A DNA stretch of 35,026 bases from NCBI GenBank assembly GCA_051942245.1, contig JAVECL010000219.1, positions 1-35,026 of the forward strand, in the 5' to 3' direction. Below are positions 1-12,137 of the stretch, piece after piece; position 1 is the first letter of the stretch, and every line of letters begins with the position of its first letter. The stretch is from Trypethelium eluteriae (taxonomy: Eukaryota). The position numbers and the translations under genes are program-made. Under the pieces are notes generated by a model. It did not search any database. It was not told the DNA's origin and saw only the letters and a program-made list of their open reading frames with translations.

Positions 1-20
1 TCCTCCTCCTCCTCCTCCTC
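1..20 (+). repeat. (TCC)n microsatellite, encoding poly-Gly on the minus strand within the DUF1774 gene
   Basis: tcctcctcctcctcctcctc at the window start. Confidence 0.85.
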
Positions 21-786
21 TTCCCCTTCCTAGCCCCCTCGCCGGGAACGGAAAGCGCGCGTACCCAACCCCGAGATTCGCAAAATCCAGCATCAACGCC
101 ACCTCCGCTATCGCCATCAGCCCGCGGCACCAGAGGTGCACGAAGACCAGGTGCAGGAGCAGGTGTGCGACGACATGGGGCGCGAGGCCGATCATGGCGG
201 CGGATACATTGGTGGCGGTGGCGGTGTCGTCGTGGGAATTGGAATTGGAGTGGGAAGTGGAGTTGCAGTGCGAGTTGGAGTTTGAGTTCGAGCTGGTGTG
301 GGAGCTGGAGCTTGAGCCGCCGAAGCGCGTGTACAGCTGCGTGCAGTATCCTGCTTGCAGGAGGTAGAGCAGCAGCCAGTAGGTGGCGGTGAGGGGGCTG
401 AAGAGGGCGAACGGTGTCGGGTGCGCGTCGTTTTGGTGCCAGATGCTGCGGTGCGAGGGGTGGGCGCCGGCGCGCGGGGAGGTGATGGTGTAGTGGATGG
501 CGGGGATGAGGGCGACGATGAGAGCGAGGGGGGTGAGGATGCGGTAGGTGGTGAGGAGGGTTGGCGAGGGTTGCGCGCGGGATTGGAAGGGGTTGACTGT
601 GGGTGGGTTAGTTCTGTCACGGAGGGTGATAGAGAGATGGTTGTGCTTTTTTGCTTCTTTTTTCTATTTTTTTTTTCTTGCCTTTCTCTTTTCGCTTGTC
701 TCTTCTCTTCCTTTGGTTCAAGCTGGGGATCGTTGGAGCAAATGAAGAAGCCTACCGGCGTGAATGCGGTGCTGAACGTGATCCAT
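1..786 (-). CDS. DUF1774-family fungal multi-pass membrane protein (3' end runs off the window); exons 786-756 and 596-<1
   Basis: Not in the ORF track. ATG at 786 gives MDHVQHRIHA. Intron 755-597 (GTAGGC...CTAAC...CAG) joins in frame to VNPFQSRAQPSPTLLTTYRILTPLALIVALIPAIHYT...HRSIWHQNDAHPTPFALFSPLTATYWLLLYLLQAGY...HLLLHLVFVHLWCRG...AEVALMLDFANL. This matches the NPF / TY(K/R)ILT / IWxQN..HPTPF / YW..L..LQ.GY pattern I recall for DUF1774. Confidence 0.8.
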
Positions 787-1681
787 TATCTGATCAAGAT
801 CGGGCATGGCGAGCAACGTCGATCTCTCTGCTCAAGACTCGAACTATCTAAGATACTGTCCTCGAAAGAGCTGTAGATCAGCTCGTCAAACGAACTCGAG
901 GCGATTGGGAAGAAGCTAAAACTTCTGAGGAGGGAGTCCTAGGGACACAAGAGCTTGAGCTCTCGCTTATAAGTTCCCTAGCCTTGCTCCGAACTGCCCA
1001 CCTGCAGCATTTCGGAGGAGGGTTGGGTGGTTGGGTTCTTGGATGCTGGGACCGGGGCTGTCACACGAAGCTAGCTGAATTCATAGCTCGGCCCTGGGTG
1101 GGCAATAGCTTGAACCCCGGAGGGGTAGCTTAATCCTGGATGGAGTTCTGAATGTGGGGGTGAGCTGATTTCGCTTGGCCTCCTTGACCGAAAAAACCAA
1201 ATAATTGGACAAGGAGACTAGGTTATCTACCAAAGACCACGGTCTTCGCCCGTATATCTTGCCCCGTTCTTGTCCATAAAAGTCAATGCCCTCCTACTGG
1301 CTGGGCGGATCGGGCCCGAATGGATAGTTTCTACTTAAAAGCTGCCCCTGCAACCCTCGTGGATCTTCGATCGACTCCCATGTCATTTAATCTGGACCAA
1401 GCACCAGAAGGTTCTTACTTGTTTTGCCTCCCACCCATTGCCAAATCTAGAGTTATAGATATGTGATTCATGCGGTGCTCTGACTCAACATTGCGGCCAA
1501 CTTCGGGGTGGAAATGGCGGGTTTCTCGCCAGTACCGCGATCTTCCAAGGATTAAGTGAAGACTTTTCTAGGTGGAAAGATAACCCCCACTCCAGCAGTA
1601 AAAGAAAACTCATCACATTCATAATACCCTCATCAGGCTGTACATGAGTTATGGATACCACCAACCCTACTGCCTTGAACG

Positions 1682-2861
1682 TTAGCTCTTCAGCCGTTTG
1701 TATATTTCCTCCTCTAGTATTGCATTCTCTGAGTCTATTTCATAAACTTGCACTGAGCTTCTGAGTTTTTCTATGTCTTTGCTCGAAGTTTCTGAGCGTA
1801 TCTTGACCGGGGTAGCTGGCATCTCGTTGATCATTTGTCCAGATGCGTACAACTCATGTATAGTTGGGGTAGATGGTCTAGCGAGTGAAGAAGATGTCTC
1901 GGTTGGTCTCCGCGATGGAGCCAACCCTACCACGATTGTTGTGGATGATGCATTTGACGGCTTTCTCATGTTGCTTCCGTGAGATGATACGGAAAGATCG
2001 TGGGGTAAGTCACTTCCAGATGAAACCTTCGGCGGTACTGTTGGTGGTAGACTTGGAGGCGCCCCGGCTTCCTTAATGGCAAGCTCGCGCTTTGATCTTC
2101 GTCTTCTAAGGTGGAAACATATCGCTGGCATCAGCATGGCCACACCGCCGGCGATGACGCCAATGGTGATCCCAGCTATTGCACCACCACTCAAGCCACT
2201 GGCGCGGTGATGATGGGACCGACGGTCGTCTTCTGTGGAGAAACCATGGTGGCGGTGACCGGTGTGCGTCGAATTCTTGCCGCCACGACCCGTAGGCGAT
2301 GCAGATTTGTCCGTCGGCAACCCACTTGAAGCGGAGGCTATCATCGAAGTTGGTGTCAACAACACTGAAGAAGGGCTCGGAGCCGTTGCCATTAGCGTCC
2401 TGGGCGGTACATCCCTAGAAGTTACGTTGAAGCTGTGGCTATCAAAACCGTCTTTTTCTTCCCTGGCTTGTAAGCTGAGGTGCGCCCCAACAGGCCAATT
2501 TCTTGTCGTGGTAGCAATTGAAGTGAATGATATCTGATGGGTGCCAATTGCTGGTACACTTGTATTCATGACTATGGTGGCAGATGTCAGCACTTTGAAT
2601 AATGAGGGTTCTGCAGAGCAAAAAGAACTCACGAATTGCAAATCCCGTGCCCGAGACATCGCTTCCATATAAAATTAGGTCGACGGAGCCCTGTAGTTGA
2701 GAGATCCACGAAGATATTAGGATGTCGTTGTAGTTCAATGTCAAACCGGGCTGCGGATCTCCAGCTTGACCGGAAGGAAATAGGAAAAGACCAGATCCAA
2801 CTGCCTGCCCAGTAGTGGCTACAATCGAGTTCAATAGAGCGGCTAATGCCATTTTCCGCAT
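1682..2861 (-). CDS. Single-pass membrane protein with signal peptide, Ser/Thr-rich ectodomain and TM helix (Mid2/Wsc-like architecture), about 372 aa; exons 2861-2633 and 2571-1682
   Basis: Intron 2632-2572 (GTGAGT...CTGAC...TAG) joins ORFs 2442..2885 and 1682..2668 in frame. N-terminus MRKMALAALLNSIVATTG; TM segment GLSGGAIAGITIGVIAGGVAMLMPAICFHL followed by RRRRSKR; the tail has HEL/NEM/YEI motifs. An alternative ATG lies at 2852. Confidence 0.75.
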
Positions 2862-4100
2862 CCCTGATGCTGCCGCCGTACTCAAGGGAGTCTCTCAGAG
2901 ACCATCGAAGAAAACTTGCACATTATCGAAAACAGCCGTTAGTAGGGTAATGAGATCAGGGAAGCAACGAAAGCCTACAGAATACCTTACATAGTCATTT
3001 TTGCGATGACTAGGGACAAGAAGGGATATCTACTCGCTCAGTTACAGTGTGCCTCTAAACCAGTCGTGTAAGAGACCGAGGCAGGAGAATGAGCAGGGTT
3101 GACGTCGCGGTACGGTACCTTTTACTCTCTTTGGTGGGGTTGGTCGCATTTCAACCAATGCCGTGCACTTACGAGATATTCGGAAAGACGAAAATCCTTC
3201 TACCTACGTCTTACGCCGCGAAGACTTGACACAGAGGAGGTGTGAAGTGAAGGGTCATGATTGTTGAAGTCCGAGCACAGGCCACCGCTTGTTGGAAGCA
3301 CAACCTTGGATGAGATGCCAACAAACAACACTGCACCTGCATCGTCAGAGAGCGTGCGGCCACTCAATGTGCCTGTGTGACCCTGCTGGTACATGATACT
3401 TCATATTCCGTGTCTCTGCTTTTTCCATGGATCCCTCTGTTGGCGTCTGGCGTGTCGAGATCAACTCATAGCCTATGGGTGCCTTCTTTACTCGGGGTTT
3501 CTGACTTTTCAATTTTCGAGTCTTCATCAAAGGAAAGCGCAATGTAATTTACTACTTAGAAAGGGTCTCTCTATCACCGAAAATGCCTCATCAATCCAGA
3601 ACAAGCTCTAGGCGGGCACTTATACAATGCCTGACTGGCTCTTGAAGTGACGGAATTCGGCTAGCCCACGTTCTCACATGCTTGCCCATTATTGTTGTGT
3701 GGGTAATAGCACGGAACCTGGTTGTCTCTCGATATGGTCGTCCCAAGGCTGGAATTGGAAGTGGTTATTGCGTATGTAACCTACGAGAATAGCAGCTGCT
3801 GCCCAAGGCTTACAATGCGCCCCTTCAGCTCTTGACACTCTGTTCCTAAGCTGGATATGTCACGCAATAGCAATGCGTCATGCCGATCTCTGGCAAGGGA
3901 CTTATCGTCGTATCATTGGCTAGGTTTTCTGCAGTTAAATTCTTCTGGGCCCATAACTTTCAGCTGGCATGATTCTCGTAGAAGATTATTGGTATGCTCG
4001 TCCTTTTCAGTGATCGAGCCGTCAGTTAAGTATGAGCTAAAAGACGCGATTGTTGCGCACACTCTCTCTGTCGCTGTTTCTCATGCCGAGAAACTTCGCT

Positions 4101-5390
4101 ATGGCGATCTCCATATCTAATTCAGGACGTTCTCTTCTTGGCATTGGTGCACTTTGTACTTTCTTCGCTACAATTGCGGTATGTGCTAGATTTTGGTCTC
4201 GGCTCTTGAAGAGATTAAAATACTGTCTGGATGACTGGTTTATGTTGGTCGCTTTACCTTGCTTCTATTCTCAAGGTTCGGCGCTAATTCCCTAGAAAAC
4301 GCGAACTACCTAACGAGCTCAGTCGCAACCCAATACTATAGCGTCATTGCCGGAGGTCTTGGGTTCCATGAATGGCAGAACTCGACTTCAACCAATCAGA
4401 ACGCTATCAAGTCCATGACAGTCATGCAGTACCCATATGCTTTAACTCTCACGCTCGTCCGACTGTCTATTTGCGTATTGTTGCGTCGCATATTTATTCA
4501 AAAATGGCTGAGAGTCTGCAGTATGTTGGCATTTCTACCAAGAATACCTATCCACTGCCCTATGCCTATCTAGCAGCTGAAAAGACCTTCTAATCCTACT
4601 GACTTTTCTTGTACTAGTGAATATCCTCATCTTCTTAGACGTATCATGGGGAGCAAACCTCATGATTGCTGCCTCGCTTGTCTGTCAACCAATGGCATAT
4701 AGTTGGAATCCTTCGATTCCAGGTGGCAGCTGCAATGAAGATGCAAAGAATGGCATTTATGCGGCGTTATGCGGATACACCATCCTACACAATGTTGTCA
4801 TATGGTCCATTCCGCAAGTGCTTGTGTGGAGGCTGCCTATGAGCACAGCGAACAAGATAGGTCTTAGTGCTATATTTGCCCTAGGAATCCTGTGAGCTTT
4901 CACACTTCTGCTACCTACTTCAAGATGCACAAATAATCTTGATTACAGTGATATTGGCATTGCCATTGTCCGTCTTACCGCTATCCTCACGCTCAACCAC
5001 GACGACTATTCCTACACTATCGCGCCGCAGCAAGTCGCCTCTGTTGCCGAAGTCGGCATTGCAATCATTGTCTCTAATGCTCCAACTATGCGTCCAGCGA
5101 TAGGAGCATGTAGGGACAAACTTCGAACCTCGCGAAGGCGTGAGGCGACGAGCAATACCTCTGTTGTTCAAATATCCGTGGGAAGCTATGAGCAGCTGGG
5201 CGATGTGAATACGCAGCTCTCCAACGACCTGCGACCAGATCGAGGAAATACCGCGACCGTGATCGAGGCAAATGCGAGTACTGAGAAGACCGGAAGAAGC
5301 AGTCTCTCCCATCATTTTCCGCGCAGAGGGACGGATGTGGAACAGGGAATTACAGTGAAGAACGAGATGGCAATCACGTATAACAAATAA
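4101..5390 (+). CDS. Pth11-like (fungal rhodopsin-domain) 7-TM integral membrane protein without CFEM, about 362 aa; exons 4101-4275, 4323-4520, 4618-4891, 4949-5390
   Basis: Three GT-AG introns join the ORF fragments in frame. Motifs AVCARFWSR...LDDWFMLVAL, GGLGFH, LVRLSICVLLRRIF, CQPMAYSWNPSIPGGSC, IPQVLVWRLPMSTANKIGL, IVRL, AEVGIAIIVSNAPTMRP. Confidence 0.88.
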
Positions 5391-6660
5391 GGATGACTGG
5401 AAGTCGATATAAAGCCTACTAATATTGCTCGATACAAAAGACCATATCTGGCTCTCGTCATGCGTAGCAAACGGTGCATCGTACCGATTTCCTTCGATGC
5501 GCCTCTATCATCTACCTTCCCCTCTACCAATTCAATCGAAACTTTGGCAAGGGAGTTTCCTTGCTGGACGAGTCACCGTAGCCTTACTTTTAAAACCGCT
5601 TCAAATGGTATTGGTCTGATAGGTTCATCCCCATGCTTGCATGGCTCATCACCTGCTTGATCAAAATTTCCGGCTGGCCTTCTGCGAGCGTTTTGCTGTT
5701 GCTCTGACTAACGCACCTTAAACGTCACTAAGGGTTTTGTGAAGCCCAATTTTCTTCTATCAAGCTTGAATCCTTTGACATCCTGGCAGTGTAGAATCCA
5801 AGTCAGTCAATGGAGAATGCATCAGGATCATGATAGCTAGCCGGATTTCCGTTGACTCAAAAGGTCAGAAACTCAGGCTGCCTTTCCATCCTTCAGAAGG
5901 TCCCCCACTGGTTCCCTACTATTTCTTCCATGTTGAAGTATCTGACAAGTGAGTAAGTTCACAAGTCTATCAGATGCACAAAGAAATTTTGCTACGCATC
6001 CAATTACCACTCCGGGAACGGCATCACCAATGATCGCATCGTTGGAATCAATCTATCCTACTGTGATGTGGTTTCCATCTAGCAATCGGAACGCTAGCTT
6101 CATGGAAAAGCAGGATAAAGGACTAACGCTCCGATAAATTGATCTCTCTGCTTCGTGGAGGATCGTCACTCGCGTTTTCTTCCACGGGGAAGCCTGTATG
6201 AAGTACAAATTGATGGAGAGATACGAATCATCCTGATTCCAGAGGGTACGGCTCAAGACTTTTCTCTTCGCTCGAGACTTCAATAGCCAACCAGAAATGC
6301 TCGGGGAATAGTTATTTATAGAAATTGGTTGCTGCTTTTCTACACGATTAAGCTGTCAAACACACCTAATATTTCTTTTTGATATTGTCATTAATGCTCT
6401 ATTAAATGAATTTTCTGGGAGACGCTGGGAGTTTCCGCGAAACAATCGATGGTGTACAACTTGGAATCCCTTCCTTATGATCCAGCTTACTTAGGGCCAT
6501 AAGATATCGTAGCGTAAGATATACCGACCCCTCTTGCAGGACTATCGTACCAAGGCTGAAACGTCGTGGTGGATGGCTTATGTATGAGATTAGCCCCAGG
6601 ATTTCCGAGCGATTACGAATTGGTCAGCTATAGCCGTGTGCTCTCACAAAGGACAGGGTT

Positions 6661-7113
6661 TCACCGGTTAGGGGTTCTTTCGCTGGCTCTTGCGTCGCGT
6701 CGTTCGTTCTGCTCGGGTGTCCTTGGAGAAGAGCTCCTTGAAATTCGTGACGGAACTTGTAATCGTTTCGACTTCGCAGCAATCCTCTCATCGAGCGCGG
6801 CTTCAGACCATTCCCGCTGAATGTATACTTCGGTTTTCTCTCCGTACTTCATACTGCCAATTATCGAACGTTCGCACCAGCTTCTAGCTGCTTTCTCTGA
6901 GTCGAAGCAAACCGCCAGACCGTCGCTGCAGCCTCTTATAGACTTCATACTGTTCAAAGTGGGCAGCCACACTGTAGGTTCATTCTCATCGGCCAAGATG
7001 CGAGCTTCAGGGTTTGCGATCTGGTATTCTGTGGCGTGTTCGGACTTAAAAAAAGTTATAGAAAGCTCATTGCGTACGAGATCGAATCGTGTCACCAGCC
7101 AGCGCTTTGACAT
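6661..7113 (-). CDS. Hypothetical protein, about 150 aa
   Basis: Single open frame from ATG 7113 (MSKRWLVTRFDL...) with a globular-looking N-terminal part and an Arg/Ser-rich tail. No family recognised. Confidence 0.55.
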   Translation of the reverse strand: MSKRWLVTRFDLVRNELSITFFKSEHATEYQIANPEARILADENEPTVWLPTLNSMKSIRGCSDGLAVCFDSEKAARSWCERSIIGSMKYGEKTEVYIQREWSEAALDERIAAKSKRLQVPSRISRSSSPRTPEQNERRDARASERTPNR

Positions 7114-7838
7114 GATAGGATACTCGCAGGACACAAGTTGCGCACGCTGCGCGGATTCGAAATGTGTTGTATGAAACAGCGGCACCACAAGATTGAATGG
7201 TAGTTGCCATGGTTCTACTGAGATATTTATGAAAAGGGCGACAAGGCGACGGAATCTTACCGTGACGACTACCTATACCTAATGTAGGAGCTGCAAAGGC
7301 CTAGGTTCATACAAATACCAAGTGGCTGGGGGCAGTGCGCGAACTCGCGCCTTGGACATCGCTGGGGCATATGGCCCCCAATCCTTTCCTTAGTAAAAGC
7401 CATCAATGCAGAATAACGTCAGGAAAAGAGAAGCGGTCTCTTGACTTGCCAATTCTGAACCCTCGCGCTTGGAATTTCTACGCACTTTACGCGTACTCGG
7501 AGGCACAAGCAGGTACGACGTATCATGTGGAGTTGAGCCCTTCAGCGCGTTTCGGAGTATTCGGTTGCCTGTTTTGGTGGTCTTCAAAGTGTTGACAAAA
7601 ATTGAAGATCTGCTAGGCAGCAGCAACTGCAGCTAAGGGAAAAGAACCGAGGGAGAGCAGCCGTTTGATCTTCTTTAGTACTAAAAACACAGAATGGCCC
7701 AAGCTTTAGCACGTATTGCTGGCCAGCGTGGCCAGCTGAAAGCAATACGCAAACCCATGATGAAGCTGCGTGGGTTTGCGTATATTTTGCCGGTACCTTG
7801 GACGACTCTAACACACGTCTGGCTTTCGTCAGAGAATA

Positions 7839-9238
7839 ATGGCGGATCCCAATGACAGTCATCGAAGTGTGACAGATCGAATGCTTGAAGCAGGGGTCCA
7901 ATATGACATCATAGAGCCTCAAGAAAAAGGTAGCGCATCCCGCCCCTTCGAGCAGCGAGACGTTTTAACATAGTAACAGCATCAACATTAATAGAGGATG
8001 GACATTATCATGAAACATCCGATATCAAAAGATCTCAGGATACTGACGAACGGAGAGTTCCCACTGATCTGACAGGCAGCCAAGGGGTTGCAGGCTCTCG
8101 ATACGTTCCGTCAATCTCATCTTCGCAACGTCAACGATCTCGCAGCAATAGTAAACGTAGTGATTCTATCCACACCTCAAAATCCAAGTATTCGACCAGA
8201 AGAGCCCAATCGTTTGGCCGACGTCTCTCGCGCGAGTCGCGCCACCAACGACGCAGCCCGTCTCTGGACCGGCCCAATTCTCATGATAGTGGAAGCGGAA
8301 GCCCATCGCATAGGAGACCGCGTTCCCAAGATAACGTAGAGCAACTCCATAATGATGGAAAGCCCGAAGCATATGCGGACGATGCATCTGCTGAAAATGT
8401 GCATGACGATTTATTTCGACTGAGTCCGGAAGACATCATACCAGAGGACCCTAATGAATGGTTGGTTCGACATCATCTGAAAGGCTTACTCAGAGTATAC
8501 GATGTTTCGAGGCATCCTGATGCAAAAGAAAGTAAGGGTCATATCGCCGTGAGCTTTGCTGAGATGCAAAGGATGCGGCTTCGTAAGCTTCAAATTAAAT
8601 TAGTCTACCAAGCCGTTGAAATGTATTGTACGAGCAAAGAGTCGGAAGGCTGGGAGCAGACTCTCCAACAGTACAGTACGTTCTATACGCATGCTACCTA
8701 CACATGAACGATTCCAGTTGACAACAAGATCGCAGTACAAGCAACAAGGGACAACGACTACGTTCACGATTGCGCCCGAAGACTGAAGGATCCTTTTGTG
8801 GTAACTTCCAAACGCTTCGTTGACGCGGACTTGATTCGTAGCGCGCTGAGATCGATTCCCGAGGACCGCCGCGATGCCAATTTGAGCAAGATTGGCTCAC
8901 TATATCCGCCTCTGGAAACAAGTGCAGAGCCTATTGGTGGGACTCGCCATGCAGCCTTGAGAGATAAACGTGTCAAAACTTTCCTGTTCCAATTGGGCAT
9001 GGCTGCAATTGGCGGGGGGTTTCTTCTTGCACCAATGTGGCTCATGGTTCTGCATTCTACGCAGTATACAGCACTCATTACAACTTCAGTCTGCGTTATC
9101 CTGTTTGGAATTAGTATGGCTTGGGTTTTGGATCAAACCATGAACGTTCTTTCTGTTACTGCGGCGTATGCAGCCGTTTTGGTCGTCTTTGTTGGAGCGA
9201 CCAATCCTACCACTGGGCCACGTCCAAACGGGGGTTGA
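7839..9238 (+). CDS. DUF6594-like protein with C-terminal 3-TM region, about 429 aa; exons 7839-7929, 7980-8675, 8736-9238
   Basis: Introns 7930-7979 (GTAGCG..CAG) and 8676-8735 (GTACGT..CAG) give one continuous frame. Motifs SFAEMQRMRLRKLQIKLV, WEQTLQQYIQATRDNDY and C-terminal GGGFLLAPMWLMVL...TAAYAAVLVVFVG. Confidence 0.75.
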
Positions 9239-9369
9239 CAAGTTTTGCAAAGCGGTCACACCGTTAAAGGAGGTACTACTTTGTTCCATTAAATGGGGAA
9301 GATTTGCCATTTCAGGGTAGTGTTAATTGCCACTCGTGAGGTATTTCGCAGTCTGCTGGGATGGCAGCC

Positions 9370-11816
9370 TCACCATCCTCGACCCTGCATTGAATTCCAG
9401 TCAATCGTGGTCCAGTTCAACTGGTTGTTTACATCAACGTCCATCGTAGCCTGTCCTATCATATCAGTGTAGTCCATGAGCCCTGACTCTGCGAGGCCCT
9501 GCCCTCCCATGCCGTACAATAAGCCTTGGTCACCAAAATCCATCGGCATGGACTTTGAAAAGTCGTCAAGATCCATGCCTACAGCGACATTAGGTTGTTC
9601 TGTATTATGATCTGGTGCATTGGACTTTATCTGCTCAATTGTCTGTTTCATATTCGATACAATTCGCGGTGGCTCCAGCGGCTTGTTTGATTGTCTGAAC
9701 CCTGCTGCACGCACTTCCCAAGCCTGGAGGATCAATCTAGAGAAGATCTTGAAGATAGGGTTATCCCATTCTACCATATGCAGGAAGCGAGCCTCGTAGT
9801 TGTCGCTCATGATCTCCCAAGACTTTTCAGCATGCTTCTGGAAAGGCCGCTTTCTCAGGTCTTGGGCGATGTGAATGTACTCGGGCATTGGAAAGTAGAG
9901 TTGAACGAACCAGATGTATCCTTTAGTGAGAGGTGAAGTCATGAGCTTCGTATCGCACTCAAGTATTCTCAATGCGTAGGATACGGCGGTGTCGCGCTGC
10001 GTGTCCGTTTGCTGCCCGGATAATCTGAAGCATCTTGAAGAATGTTCCAAGAAACGATACTTTGAAAGTACACCTCGTGTCGTCCACATCGTCATAAAGT
10101 GGAGCGGGTTTTCTTGGTTGCAGAAATCGAGATATTTATCCTCTATCATCTTCTCCAGGGCAACGAGCCCGTCGCATTCTGAAGCAGTATCGTGCTGACA
10201 ACCTTTGGCAAGGGACTTCATAGACGGATTGGTAAAATCAAGGTAGAAGGCCCTATGGCGGATGAATTCGCCTAGCTCGCTGCGTACGACAGCAAAAAGC
10301 ACTTCGGTGGGTCTCTCATGACCTTGTGGCGAGGTCTTCATTTCGGACCGAATATCAGAATCGTTGACGTTAATGGGGATCCTACAGTCCCAAGTGGGAT
10401 TTATTATTGAGGTCTTGTAATCTGACATTTCGGAAATGCGCTTATCGAACATGATCAGCGACCACCACAGTCTTCGGCGCATCTCAGCTTCAAGAGCGGT
10501 GCATTTTGCATTGGTCGACTCATCATGAATGCCCATGCGTTGTGCGATGCGGATGGCAATGCCAAGCATTGAGGAGAGAGACCGGGGATCTGTACCCAGT
10601 CTGGCTGAGACCTAGAAGTGTCAGAGGACAGTATGCAGGATGATGCTCTGACAGGCCTACCAGGTAGAGGTACAATGCTGTCAAGCAGTCACGATCACCG
10701 GAGCGTAAGAAGCCACAGTTCAATAGCGCCTGCTGACATCCGAGTTGATAGCTTGACAAAAGATCTTCCTTTGGTGAGCCAAACGAGGTGCGACAATCAT
10801 CGTCGATAAGACTTATGATAGAGACGCAATATATACTAAACATGAGTGCCTCCATGGTGGGACTGATGTTTGCTACATCGCTAGCAGCATCAATGATGCG
10901 TGCTTGCAGAGTCGGAGTATGTGTGACTTTGAGCAGTGGATTGACGTTTTCCAGGTAGATCTGCCAGAGTTTAAAGATCTGGACCTGCTGCGGGTGCAAG
11001 GAAGAGAGATGAACGTTTGTCTTGTGTGAGCCAAATAGAATAGGATCGTTGTTTTTGTACAACTGATCGTATGTCTTTCTGATCTCAGCGCGACCCAGAT
11101 CCTGGTGTGAAAGTCCGCTATCATCATCGCCGTGGCCATCTCTGCTATCGTCTTCGTCATCCTCGGAGTCTCGAGACTGTTCTCCAACTGTCAGTACAGC
11201 GTGAACACATTCGCCAGCTTGATCGTACCCTTTGGTTCAAGACGCGCCAAAAATCCCTAGGAGAGGATTAGCCACGTAAAGATGTCATTTTCCCGGGAAT
11301 GCCTAACTTGGCCTCATATACTACTTCAGACTTGACGGCGACTTTCTCCCTTGACGGAACTGCGGTCTCCGCAACCGGTGCTTCTGAAAGCGCATCGTAT
11401 GCGGGAGTAGAGCCTCTGTCATCCTCGCTCAGAGACACCTTCTCTTCGTTAGGAGCGTGCAGAGAGTCGAATTGAATGTTGTGCCGGCGGAGCAAGCTCT
11501 CGTAGCGCTGGAGGCGCTCCAGTAACTCTCGCTCGGGAAACCTGCGGCGCCGCTGGCTTGGGGTTCGCGCAGCTGGCACGCACTGTGCGCAGGCTCTGAT
11601 GCAATGTTTACAAGGGAAATTGCGGCTGCTCTGCTGGTCAAAATCCTGAAATGGAATTCTGATTCGTAGCTACTCTATCCAGTCGGAGACTTACTCACAC
11701 TTGACCTTGCGTTGCTGACACCGCACGCACGCAAGCACCCGAGGCGGCTTCGCTGCGGTTGGGGGAGCGCAGTTGGCTGGAGCGCTCTGCTCCGGTGCGG
11801 GCAATACCGTGGACAT
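9370..11816 (-). CDS. Zn(II)2Cys6 transcription factor with fungal-specific TF (middle homology) domain, about 741 aa; exons 11816-11695, 11625-11308, 11256-11229, 11176-10661, 10611-9370
   Basis: Spliced binuclear cluster ACVRCQQRKVKCDRNFPCKHCIRACAQCVP. Fungal_trans motifs LWQIYLENVNPLLKVTH, GIAIRIAQRMGIH, EAEMRRRLWW. Four GT-AG introns keep the frame. Confidence 0.92.
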
Positions 11817-11915
11817 GACTGAGGAGAGGAGTCTTGTCACAAGAAGGGAAGCTCCAGCAGACAGGGATGCAGAGAGGTCGCGACCTCTTAATTACCTAGT
11901 ACTCTAGAGTCGTGT

Positions 11916-12010
11916 TCGGACTTTTGACGTGTCCGCCAAGCTCGGGCTTTTCTACTTTCCCGAGCATACTCTAGCAGAACGCTCACAGAACCTTCAGCAT
12001 TCGGGCTTTT
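11916..12010. promoter_or_regulatory. Candidate Zn2Cys6 binding sites in the 321-bp bidirectional promoter between the TF and the MFS pump
   Basis: Three copies of TCGG(A/G)CTTTT (11916, 11942, 12001); inverted repeat GCTCGGG-N12-CCCGAGC (11940-11965); TATAAA at about 12040 upstream of the MFS ATG. Confidence 0.5.
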
Positions 12011-12137
12011 GGAGCGTACCTGCGTCGCATCGACATGAGTATAAAGGGAGACTTCGCCGCTGAGCCGGTATCATGTAGCCAGAGATTTCTAGTAAGAACC
12101 GAATTCTTGTCTTCGCATTCTAGTGGAATCTCATCCA

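Noticed and set aside
165..876. ORF-track entries 165..392(+), 192..620(-), 355..876(+)
   Set aside because: They are shadows or off-frame readings of the spliced DUF1774 gene and its T-rich intron.
5400..6650. Short ORFs and a possible gene relic between the Pth11-like gene and the hypothetical gene
   Set aside because: No consistent frame, splice pattern or recognisable motif.
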